DNA of 50,992 bases from Bacteroidia bacterium (GTDB lineage Bacteria; Bacteroidota; Bacteroidia; UBA7662). Of this stretch, positions 18,601 through 26,523 are shown in pieces (within the stretch, counting starts at the first letter, position 1; every line of letters begins with the position of its first letter). Made by a program: the position numbers and the translations under genes. Under the pieces are notes generated by a model that was not told where the DNA came from, did not search any database, and was given only the letters and a program-made list of their open reading frames with translations. The stretch is taken from NCBI GenBank assembly GCA_049317645.1, contig JBMOHV010000002.1, positions 1 through 50,992 on the forward strand, given 5' to 3'.

Positions 18601-19650
18601 CCGGTCGTTGTCAACTCCGTCCATGGGGTCTGCAAAAGGACCCTCAAAAAAGTCGATTCCAATGGAAGGAGGGTTTGCGCCGTAACCTTGAATACCCTCG
18701 TCGTCGTCGTCACCGTTGTAACAAATACCCAAACCTCGGGGTACATCGCAACCAACAAAGTCGTCGGTGTAATTGCCCAAATCAGGGTCCGCCCATTGCG
18801 CCATAAAGCAGGAATCCAGTCGAATGGAGGAGCGGTTAATGATCTTGTTGTAATAAAAGGTCATGTTGTTCAACTCATCGTTGGACTGGTAACCAAACGC
18901 CTGGGTTTGAATTTCCATCCCGATGGGCGTCGAACCCGAACCCGGGGTATTCCCCTTATCGTTGGTCACAAACCAAATACTCTGATCCCCGTAAATAAAA
19001 GGATAGTCCCCTCCATCGGGGGTGTAGGAACCATTACCGTCGGCATCCACGTAGGGGGCCATGTTCGGATCCTGCCCAGCAGTCAAATCACCGCTGACAG
19101 GCCATTCCCGAATAACTTGGGGAATCACATAATTGGGGTCAGCCGTCGAAATCGCGTTGATATGGTCTTGGACCTGACGACGATTCAGCTTCCAATGTTT
19201 GTCCCAGATCTTGCACTGGTCGTTGGTAATAGTCGCATCCACCAAAGACAAAGGACCCGCCCACCAGCCGGCACCCAGAACCGTCGCCTGACGATAGGTC
19301 TGGGCGGCAATTTTGAGCAGACCGTTGGCATCAATCCCCCCTACCCAAACCGAACCCGCAAAGAGCGAATGCTTTTTGGGGGCCGTTGGATCATCCAACT
19401 TGGGAATTTCGTAGCGAGCGTTACCGCTTCCACCCTGGTCCCACCAATAGTCATTACCGCGCAGAATCATGGCCCGAACATTGTTAATGTCCAAGTTGAC
19501 CCTGGAAGCGGGAGGGTTGCAAGTGGCTGCAACCCGTGCAATAAACTTACGGGCATCTCCCTCGGCCCTTGTGGGAACATTGAGAGCTTCCCGAGCCTCG
19601 GCACCCCATAGGCAGGTCATTAGACAGGTGACTAAAAGAATTCGCTTCAT
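15619..19650 (-). CDS. 1343-aa secreted protein with a T9SS C-terminal sorting domain; family unknown
   Basis: Signal peptide MKRILLVTCLMTCLWGAEA. The last ~95 aa (VVPNPYYGASNY...KCTVRIYTLNGNLIRTL...ASGSYLIHVDAPG...KTVKWFGVL) fit the type-A Por_Secre_tail pattern. Asp-rich segments are present (DGVDNDRDCTVDE, YNGDDDDEG). I see no catalytic motif I can name. Confidence 0.7.
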   Translation of the reverse strand: MKRILLVTCLMTCLWGAEAREALNVPTRAEGDARKFIARVAATCNPPASRVNLDINNVRAMILRGNDYWWDQGGSGNARYEIPKLDDPTAPKKHSLFAGSVWVGGIDANGLLKIAAQTYRQATVLGAGWWAGPLSLVDATITNDQCKIWDKHWKLNRRQVQDHINAISTADPNYVIPQVIREWPVSGDLTAGQDPNMAPYVDADGNGSYTPDGGDYPFIYGDQSIWFVTNDKGNTPGSGSTPIGMEIQTQAFGYQSNDELNNMTFYYNKIINRSSIRLDSCFMAQWADPDLGNYTDDFVGCDVPRGLGICYNGDDDDEGIQGYGANPPSIGIDFFEGPFADPMDGVDNDRDCTVDEFVAGGCDPEPRTERIIMAKFLYFNNDGQPNGNPTTAENAYNYMVGRWRDNTRMVYGGNGYPGSGGSQPTINSGLMFPGGSDRQYGWGVGGSCQNPIATPFDWSENAPGPGANPNVPADRRFVQSAGPFTLQPGAVNYVTIGVVWARASSGGARGSFNLLLKADSKSQALFDNCFKTIDGPDAPDVDITELDQELILTFSYKPTSNNYRLGYRELDPVIKALNDNRPPGQAPYDSVYKFEGFKVYQLSASNVSTGELDDQSKARMVYQGDIQNSVDRIINWVFDAELEQSVPFLAVNGTNKGVNMTLKINRDAFAEGSDQLVNFKKYYYTVIAYGYNNYARYDIVTDTGQQKPYLPGRNNVKTYTGIPHKSEPTFDGLVLNSVYGDQPEVRRMEGIGNGGNIIEIDSMDVLTILENGFMPTPLYKKNAAPINLKVIDPTAVPEADMRLFMYKGTPGSATTVDDQGRWYVVLGDTGSAALDTIYSDTVLVAGNEQILGYYETTAVFKRIGLSATIRNSKNPGDDPAGGNGVLFSTFQYQNPQNSWLSFLPDDERLEIFDWIRSGTPRSDSTPQNPAGLIPPGDPQRFFENIAEDEWTGQGANPQVRGGTWSPMLYAAPAAWWPGLWNFLPGVAGVGALNPEVRFSYFKIDKLASVDVVITKDKSKWTRACVIETCEDSLLAQGRQLRNRLRVAPSVDKEGNPDGDSRNGLSWFPGYAINLETGERLNISFGEDSRYSSIAGHPHGDMKWNPTDSFFSVSGQNFRVPMGGRHFIYVMNSRYDQADVTWRQLNRQVGVASPVNNPKAMTLTDFRLFYNGVLYTSVPLLRPGKTFLDNDYTAKIRISRKYSKYVTDTAGINKGNPHYLVNLRSIAPRKKVLDVAKSALDLIRVVPNPYYGASNYEVSQIDNRVKITNLPTKCTVRIYTLNGNLIRTLRKDDATATYLDWDLLNQNKVPIASGSYLIHVDAPGIGEKTVKWFGVLRPVDLDTF

Positions 19651-19703
19651 AGCTGCTTGATTTCTATAAGAGGATGGTTCTAAAAAAGGAGGCGATTGGG
19701 GAA

Positions 19704-22700
19704 TTAGAAATTAAGACGAACGCCCAAACGAGTACGACGTGGTAAAGAGAAGTTCCCGGGATCGGCCATGGAAGCCCGGTACAAATCGTTGAAGGCCTGA
19801 CGATTGATAACAGAAGCCAGCTGCTGAGCGCCTAGGCTGCTAGTCAAGTATCCATCGTCGGTGGGGTCGCCGGTGAATTGATAAACACCGGTGATGTTAC
19901 GGTTATCAAAGAGGTTGATAATCTGCAGATAGACGTTGACAGAGGCTTCGCGGGGTTTGCCATCTGCTTTGCGGCCCATGGTAAAATTGAAATCCTTGTC
20001 TACACGGAAGTTCATACGGAACTGCCATGGCAGACGTGAACCATTAATACCACCCTTGAGGGTCGTACGGCCGGTCAATCCACCAGCGGCATCACCATCG
20101 GGGGTCACAATGGTCTGACGAGAATACGGTGTACCGGAAATCGCATTGGCTACAAAGTTGAAACCGACGCCTTCGAACAACCCAAAACCACCAATTCGGG
20201 GGCCGTCATAGGTTTTTCCCGTTCCAAAGCGGTAGTCCAAATTGGCCACCAAACGATGACGAGCATCAAAACTCAATGGAATGGGGGTACGCAAATTGTC
20301 GATACCGGCCTGGATAATGTTGGCGGCCTGGTCGGGAGCCGAACCGGTACCATCGGCAAACTGCAGGGTATAACTGGCGTTGAGTCGAACATTACCGGTA
20401 CGACGCAAGTCGTAAGTCAATGTCAATCCCTTCACCGTACCAAAATCAATGTTTCCGTAGGTCTGGTAATCCGCTGGGAATGCAAAGGGCACGTTAATGA
20501 TTTGGATCATGTTCCGAAGTTCACGATAGAAAGCAGCGATGGTCAACGCGGATGTCTTGTTGAGGCGTTGCTTGAAACCCAATTGGTAATCAATGGTGCG
20601 CTCTGGTTGTAGGTTGGGATTGTTAATGGTACCACCAACCTGCCGTAGGAAATAATATTGACGGGGGTCAAAACGGCTAAACGCGCTTGGGCGCTGTGTT
20701 AGTACATCGTAGTGGGCAAAGAATTGGGCCTCATCGGAAATAGGGAACGAGAAGGCAACACGAGGCATCCAATTCACCTGGGGTGTATAGTCCGTGAAGG
20801 CATCGGCCCGTACGGCAATCTGGTTCGGATCCTTGAGCCAAGGAATGACCGTACCCGTTGCAGAGGCTGCAGCAATACCCGAAGCATTCCGGATTTCAGC
20901 GCCTTGGGCATTGTACCAACGGTTTCCGTTCCGGTAGCCCAGGATCGCCTTGTTGGCCGCATTGTTATCGTTGATATAAACAACAGCCGAACCAGGAACA
21001 ACGGATGGATGACTTAGGCCGGCCGTATTGGGATCGGCCTCGAGATCGTTGATGGTTTTGGCGGTGTACAACAAAAAGGGATCCTGTAGAACGGGCTGGT
21101 TGGCGTCAAAACGGTCCACCCTCAATCCAACACGGAATACCAAGTCATCAAAGTCAAACTTGTCCTCGATATAACCGGCAGTATAAACCGGGGCAAAGGC
21201 TGCAATGGGGCGGTTCAAAGAATCGGTGAAAAAGTCCAAGCGGCCAGGCTGATTGGACAATTTGTTACCGAGGTAATCATACCCGAAATAGCTCACAAAA
21301 GAATTACCCGAATTCAACAATTCATCTGCGGAGAAATAACTCAACTTGAGCTGGTCCGGATTCAAATCGTCAATTTGGATGAAGTCACTGGCACCACGGC
21401 CCAAAGAGGCCCGGAGGTTTTTGTCAAACATGGATTGATTGGACGCAATCAACCGATTCCATAACACCGTGTCGCTGAGAGGGAATCCAAAGGAGTCCAC
21501 ATCGACAATCGGGTTCCAAGGCTTGTCAAAATCCAAAATGTGTTGGTTGGTGAGAGAGCGCGCTTGGCCCCACAAACCAATGGTGCTTGCAAAAGGATTC
21601 AGGCTGTAAGAGCGATCGATTCGCTGATCGTATTCAAAACCAAACTTGAGAGAATGACCTCCAATATCCGCCGACGAAAAGAGTGTCATCCGGTAGGCAT
21701 CGTTGTCGTTGAACGAATAACCTCCGATTTGACGACCCGACTCGTTCCATATACCGTACGCAGTGCCTGGGCGTAGGCCATTGGTCAGACCACCGTTGAG
21801 GCGAACATCCGAAAGACCGTTGATGCCCACATTGGTCGCTGTTAGGAAGCCATCTGCATTGGTGCTACCACCGATGGTATTAAAAAAATCAATGCCCCAA
21901 TTGGCCAACAAGGGATCAATCCCCAAGGCCCAGGTTTTGTCGTAAACCAAGTTGCCTTCCCGATAACCTTGCAAAGAAGTCAATTCAAATTCGACGGTAT
22001 CGCCTGCAATCAGGAAAGGAACGGATTCGGTCCCAAATTGGGGGGTCAAATCGTAACGAAAACGCCCAACATACCCGTAATTAAAAGGGTTACGGCCCAA
22101 GGCGTCTCCGCCGTTGGTGGAACCCTTTGATTTGGTATAATCGAACTGAACCTGGTAGTAAGCATTGCGAATGAGTCCGTCCTGCTTTTGGTCAGCTGAA
22201 GCAAAATTCTGGCGAAAACGTGCATAACCGCGGATGGTCTGGTTCTCGTTGTTCCCCATGTTGTCGGGGTTCATCATCGAATAAGCGCGGGTATAGGCCT
22301 TGCCCCAGGTGCGGTCGTAGTTTCCACCCACCGTCATCGAAACACTGGTACTGGGTTGAAAGTCCACTTTGCCCGCAACGGAAACACGGTTCCGGTTGGC
22401 ATTGGGACGGACCCGAATCAGCTCGTATTGGTCTTCCGTTACAAACTCGGAATTCCGTTGAATCCCGGTTCCAAAGATGGAGGGACGGTAAGGGTCGGCC
22501 TGCAAAGCGGACAATTTATCCGGAGTCATTGTGTACAGACCAATGGCCGAAGGCGAGGCATCCACCTGGGTTTCGGCTTCACCGGAAAGGAAAAAGCCCA
22601 GGATGGACTTTTTGGTTTTGGCGTCTACCTGCTTGGTAATCAATGGACCCGAAAAATTGAGGGCAAAAAGATTGTAGCCGTAGGGCTCTAGGATTTTGGC

Positions 22701-23426
22701 CGAACTCAATACTTCAGCTCCTCCAAAATAGGTGCTGGAAGGACCGCGGGTTGTGATGTTGATAATACCACCGGTGGCGTCCCCGTATTGGGCAGGAATA
22801 CCACCCGTGATAACGGTGGTCTGTTCAATGGCCGCGTTGGGCAGGTTGGTGGAACCCCGAACACGGATACCGTCAATAAAGTATTCGGTGCTGGAAGACC
22901 TGGAACCGCGGATGTTCAAGGCCCCTCCTTCGTCCGCCTGGAATACACCGGCGGTGGTGGCTGCAATCGAGTTCACATCCCGGGTTGGCAGGGCCGCAAT
23001 TTCTTCGCGGGTTACCGTACCCCCCGTTGATGTTTCATCCTTGGAAATCAAGGGAACCTCGTAATCAACGACGTTGATTTCGCCTAGGTTCACACCGGAT
23101 GACATCTTAATGTCCAAAAACTGGCTACGGTCCGCCGTGATCACCAAGCCCCGAACAACCTCGGAATTGTAACCTACGTAACTGACCTTGATATCGTATT
23201 TGCCCGGTGTAAGGGCGCCAAATTTGTACTTTCCGTCAATGTCGGTGGTTGTTCCGCCCTTCTGGACGCCATCCTTTTCGATAATAACGTTGGCAAAGGG
23301 AATACCTTCCTTGGGCTTGAGGGCATCGACCACTTTACCCTGGACCGAACCGCTACCGGCCTGCCCCCAAGCGGAGGCAGAATACAAACCAAATAACAAG
23401 AGAGCGATGTACCTTTTCAACTGCAT
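19704..23426 (-). CDS. Oar-like giant TonB-dependent outer-membrane barrel (CarboxypepD_reg + plug + barrel)
   Basis: Signal peptide MQLKRYIALLLFGLYSASAWGQ. A carboxypeptidase-regulatory-like domain (GKVVD...IPFANVII...TDIDGKYKFGALTPGKYDIKVSYVGY). A plug (TREEIAALPTRDVNSIAATTAGV...ALNIRGSRSSSTEYFIDGIRV). A terminal ...RTRLGVRLNF. Confidence 0.8.
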   Translation of the reverse strand: MQLKRYIALLLFGLYSASAWGQAGSGSVQGKVVDALKPKEGIPFANVIIEKDGVQKGGTTTDIDGKYKFGALTPGKYDIKVSYVGYNSEVVRGLVITADRSQFLDIKMSSGVNLGEINVVDYEVPLISKDETSTGGTVTREEIAALPTRDVNSIAATTAGVFQADEGGALNIRGSRSSSTEYFIDGIRVRGSTNLPNAAIEQTTVITGGIPAQYGDATGGIINITTRGPSSTYFGGAEVLSSAKILEPYGYNLFALNFSGPLITKQVDAKTKKSILGFFLSGEAETQVDASPSAIGLYTMTPDKLSALQADPYRPSIFGTGIQRNSEFVTEDQYELIRVRPNANRNRVSVAGKVDFQPSTSVSMTVGGNYDRTWGKAYTRAYSMMNPDNMGNNENQTIRGYARFRQNFASADQKQDGLIRNAYYQVQFDYTKSKGSTNGGDALGRNPFNYGYVGRFRYDLTPQFGTESVPFLIAGDTVEFELTSLQGYREGNLVYDKTWALGIDPLLANWGIDFFNTIGGSTNADGFLTATNVGINGLSDVRLNGGLTNGLRPGTAYGIWNESGRQIGGYSFNDNDAYRMTLFSSADIGGHSLKFGFEYDQRIDRSYSLNPFASTIGLWGQARSLTNQHILDFDKPWNPIVDVDSFGFPLSDTVLWNRLIASNQSMFDKNLRASLGRGASDFIQIDDLNPDQLKLSYFSADELLNSGNSFVSYFGYDYLGNKLSNQPGRLDFFTDSLNRPIAAFAPVYTAGYIEDKFDFDDLVFRVGLRVDRFDANQPVLQDPFLLYTAKTINDLEADPNTAGLSHPSVVPGSAVVYINDNNAANKAILGYRNGNRWYNAQGAEIRNASGIAAASATGTVIPWLKDPNQIAVRADAFTDYTPQVNWMPRVAFSFPISDEAQFFAHYDVLTQRPSAFSRFDPRQYYFLRQVGGTINNPNLQPERTIDYQLGFKQRLNKTSALTIAAFYRELRNMIQIINVPFAFPADYQTYGNIDFGTVKGLTLTYDLRRTGNVRLNASYTLQFADGTGSAPDQAANIIQAGIDNLRTPIPLSFDARHRLVANLDYRFGTGKTYDGPRIGGFGLFEGVGFNFVANAISGTPYSRQTIVTPDGDAAGGLTGRTTLKGGINGSRLPWQFRMNFRVDKDFNFTMGRKADGKPREASVNVYLQIINLFDNRNITGVYQFTGDPTDDGYLTSSLGAQQLASVINRQAFNDLYRASMADPGNFSLPRRTRLGVRLNF

Positions 23427-23627
23427 ATGCTTTATTTTGAAGGCTGTAGTTCAATATTAGGGGCGAGATGGCCAAAATTCAACCATCCCAAAAAGGGATT
23501 AAAACACGAACTTAGGCACAAATCAAAGAATTTTGGCCCAATTGGTCATCTAAATTTAACTTTTGAAGGACCACAACCCCCTGCCAAGCCCTCTCCCCAC
23601 TTTGCCTCCAAGACCCCTGTATCTACG

Positions 23628-24608
23628 ATGATGCCCCCCAACCAAACCCCATCTCTCCTGCAAATCCTGGGCACCCGTTTACCCCTCATCCAAGCCGGAA
23701 TGATATGGTGCAGTGGCTGGGAATTGGCCTCCGCGGTCAGCATGGCCGGCGGCCTGGGCACCCTCGGGGCCGGATCCATGCGCCCCGAAGAGCTTAGGAG
23801 GCAGCTGGAACGCATGCAGGAGGTCTGCGATCGGCCTTTTGCGGTGAATCTGCCCCTTTTGTACCCTCAAATTGAGGAACACCTGGGTCTTTTGGCCGAA
23901 TTCCAGGTTCCGGTGGTGATTACTTCGGCCGGTAGCCCCTCCAAATGGACCTCCTACCTCCATGAAAAGGGCTGCAAAGTCCTTCATGTGGTGTCCAGCA
24001 CCCGCTTTGCCGTCAAAGCCCAAGAGGCAGGGGTGGACGCCGTCATTGCCGAAGGCTTTGAGGCGGGGGGGCACAACGGCCGTGAAGAAACCACGACCCT
24101 CTGCCTCGTACCGGCCGTGCGCAATGCCATCGATGTACCGTTGGTGGCGGCCGGTGGAATCGGTAGCGGCGAGGCGATTGCAGCAGCGCTGATGCTGGGA
24201 GCCGATGGAGTCCAAATCGGATCTCGCTACGTGGCAACCCCGGAATCTTCGGCCCATCCCTTGTTCAAGGCCAAGGTTCTAAGCGCCCGTGAAGGGGATA
24301 CGCATTTGGCGCTCAAGGGTTTGACCCCTGTAAGGCTGTTGGATAATCCTTTTGCACGCCATGTCAAAGAAGCCGAAACCCGGGGCGATGGGCTCGAAGA
24401 CCTCCGAGAACTGCTCGGGCGGGGTCGGGCCAAGAAAGGCATGTTTGAGGGGGACCTCGAAGAGGGAGAATTGGAAATTGGCCAGGTTTCGGCCCATTTG
24501 GACGAACTAATACCAGCCGGGGCCCTGACGAACCAGCTTTGGGAAGAAGCCCTGCAGCGGTTGGAAACCCTGTCCCAACTCCAAGTCCTGCGCCGGAACC
24601 TATCCTAA
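23628..24608 (+). CDS. NAD(P)H-dependent flavin oxidoreductase (nitronate monooxygenase / FabK-like)
   Basis: LPLIQAGMIWCSGWELASAVSMAGGLGTLGAG, AEGFEAGGHNG and VAAGGIGSGEAIAAALMLGADGVQIGSRY are NMO/2-nitropropane dioxygenase signatures. The real start is taken as ATG 23628 (MMPPNQ...); the track ORF starts 201 nt further upstream. Confidence 0.8.
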   Translation: MMPPNQTPSLLQILGTRLPLIQAGMIWCSGWELASAVSMAGGLGTLGAGSMRPEELRRQLERMQEVCDRPFAVNLPLLYPQIEEHLGLLAEFQVPVVITSAGSPSKWTSYLHEKGCKVLHVVSSTRFAVKAQEAGVDAVIAEGFEAGGHNGREETTTLCLVPAVRNAIDVPLVAAGGIGSGEAIAAALMLGADGVQIGSRYVATPESSAHPLFKAKVLSAREGDTHLALKGLTPVRLLDNPFARHVKEAETRGDGLEDLRELLGRGRAKKGMFEGDLEEGELEIGQVSAHLDELIPAGALTNQLWEEALQRLETLSQLQVLRRNLS

Positions 24609-24641
24609 GTCATCGAAGGGGTTGCCGGCCCAAAGTATCCA

Positions 24642-26468
24642 TCAGGAACCATCGGGACTTCGGTCTCCCCTGATTTTGCGTATCCGTTTTCGAGCCTCTG
24701 GTACAAAGGCCGATTCTGGATATTTTAACATTAGTTTTTCGTACAAATCACGGGCTCTTTGGGAATCTCCCAAATGGGTTTCCCACAAGCCACCTCGCCG
24801 AAGGCAGGCATCGTCCGCCCAGACCTCGTCCCCAAAATTCGCCAAGACCGATCCGTAGGCCGAATCGGCTTCGACATAGCGACCCAAGCGCTCCAGCAAG
24901 CTGGCTCTGCGCATGTACAAATCGTCGCCCAAGGTATGGCCCCGCAGCGTGTCTAACAAACTATCAGAGATGGCCAAAGCGCGCTCGTATTCGCGGCGAA
25001 ACACCAGACGATCCAGGAGCGCCAAACCCTGCAGTGGCAAAGTGCTGGTATCCAAATCATAATGGTCGTGAATATTGATTGACCAAGCCATGGCGTCGTT
25101 GGCCATCCGCGTTGTCGTACTCCCCTTGAGCACATCAAATTGGGCCAGCGACCAAGCAAACTCGTGTTCAAAAAACGATAGCCTGGCGTTGCGGAATTTG
25201 GCCTGATGACCCAGAGGCTGGTTGGGAAAATCACGCTCAACCTGGCCGTAAACCAACGCCGCTTCCCAATAAATTTCGTCCAACAAATAAAGATCTCCTA
25301 ACAACAGCTTTAGTTCCCCCAAAGCCTGCGATTCTCCCCCTTGTTGTATAATTTGTTCCAACAAATCCATAGCTTCTTCGTTCCTCCCCAAATCAAAGGC
25401 CAGCAACTCGGCATAGCCCGAAGCAATGCGCAGGCGATTGGCCGAGGGTTGGGGTTGTCCCAGAAGGGCCTGATAGGCCTGGGCCAGGACCGTCATGGAA
25501 TCGCGTTGGATCTGGGGCTCAGCCCGGAGAAGATGGGCGCAGACCCGAAGCTTCTCGGTTTGGGCCTCGAGGCCCATCAGCGTCCCCGCCGCTTGCTCCC
25601 CTACATAGTCCAGCATCGGTAGGCAGGCCTTCCAGTCTTCGTTTTCGATCGCCACCCTGGCCAGGTTCAAGACCCGGCGTCCCTTTTCGCGAAGCCGCAG
25701 ATCCAAAGCGCGGGCGTGGGGGAAGGCCTCGGCAAAATCCTTTTGTTGCACCAAGTACCAAACCAACAATTCCCCCCAAATCCACTCATCAGGGACCTGG
25801 CGTAGTCGCCGGATGAGCGACGTCCGAAGACCATCCATTTCGTCGGCCTCCAGTTTTTGTTGGAGGCTGTATTGAACCGTCTCAAGGGCTTCGGGTTGTG
25901 CCTGCAGATAATCCAGGTAATGCTCGATCATAGCGGCCTTTTGACCTGAACCATAGGCCAAATCAGCCAATTCCATGGCAAAGGCCGCGGGATTCCCCGC
26001 CATAACACGGCCGCGTTGGTAGGTTTTTTCGGCCCATTCGTTCTCAGCACGGACCCGAAAGGCCCCGGCCAAGATCATAATTTGATTGGGTTCCCCGCTG
26101 CATTGGTTAATCAGCCCCTCAAAAAGCCGGACCGCCTCCTCGGTACGGCCCCGCAATCGCATCGCATGGCCCCGATCCACATCGTAATGCACCGATCCCT
26201 TCCAACGGCGCCCCGTCTTGTAAGCCAATTTCTCGGCCTCCTCCCAGGCTTTGCTCTGCAACAAAGAGGCATAACTGTAAGCGTAGGCCGTGGAATACCA
26301 TTCGGGATGGGTCAAAAAAGGCTCCAAAACCCGAAGACAGGACTCCCACTCTTGTTTTTGAAAATGCTGAACCCCGATTTGAATTTCGGCTGGCTGAAGG
26401 CTTTGGGCCTGCAGGGGCTGACCCACCCCCATCAGCAACATCAGGGCACAAATCAAAACGAATTTCAT
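24642..26468 (-). CDS. Secreted tetratricopeptide-repeat (TPR) protein
   Basis: Signal peptide MKFVLICALMLLMGVGQPLQAQ, then helical repeats rich in A/L/Y/W...A..Y spacing. The track ORF runs on to 26891, but that part is antisense to radA and is not protein-like. Confidence 0.65.
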   Translation of the reverse strand: MKFVLICALMLLMGVGQPLQAQSLQPAEIQIGVQHFQKQEWESCLRVLEPFLTHPEWYSTAYAYSYASLLQSKAWEEAEKLAYKTGRRWKGSVHYDVDRGHAMRLRGRTEEAVRLFEGLINQCSGEPNQIMILAGAFRVRAENEWAEKTYQRGRVMAGNPAAFAMELADLAYGSGQKAAMIEHYLDYLQAQPEALETVQYSLQQKLEADEMDGLRTSLIRRLRQVPDEWIWGELLVWYLVQQKDFAEAFPHARALDLRLREKGRRVLNLARVAIENEDWKACLPMLDYVGEQAAGTLMGLEAQTEKLRVCAHLLRAEPQIQRDSMTVLAQAYQALLGQPQPSANRLRIASGYAELLAFDLGRNEEAMDLLEQIIQQGGESQALGELKLLLGDLYLLDEIYWEAALVYGQVERDFPNQPLGHQAKFRNARLSFFEHEFAWSLAQFDVLKGSTTTRMANDAMAWSINIHDHYDLDTSTLPLQGLALLDRLVFRREYERALAISDSLLDTLRGHTLGDDLYMRRASLLERLGRYVEADSAYGSVLANFGDEVWADDACLRRGGLWETHLGDSQRARDLYEKLMLKYPESAFVPEARKRIRKIRGDRSPDGS

Positions 26469-26523
26469 CCATGCAATGATAAAGCAAGGGGACGCATGCG
26501 GGATGGTGTAATTTCGTGTCTTC

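Noticed and set aside
18688-19611. 307-aa plus-strand ORF inside the 1343-aa gene. Similar long antisense or alternate-frame ORFs occur at 36611-37423, 39965-40834, 40665-41528 and 40949-41719.
   Set aside because: All lie entirely within confidently identified genes (the giant T9SS cargo, secA, the TonB receptor). Their translations are low-complexity and rich in R/G/P/H with no motifs. This is typical of shadow ORFs in GC-rich coding DNA.
15619-19650. The idea that the 1343-aa gene upstream of the PorV-like gene is the T9SS sortase PorU.
   Set aside because: The size and the position next to a PorV-like gene fit PorU. However, I could not recognise a gingipain/peptidase C25-like catalytic region by eye. 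The idea needs a profile search, so it is kept only as an alternative hypothesis in the findings.
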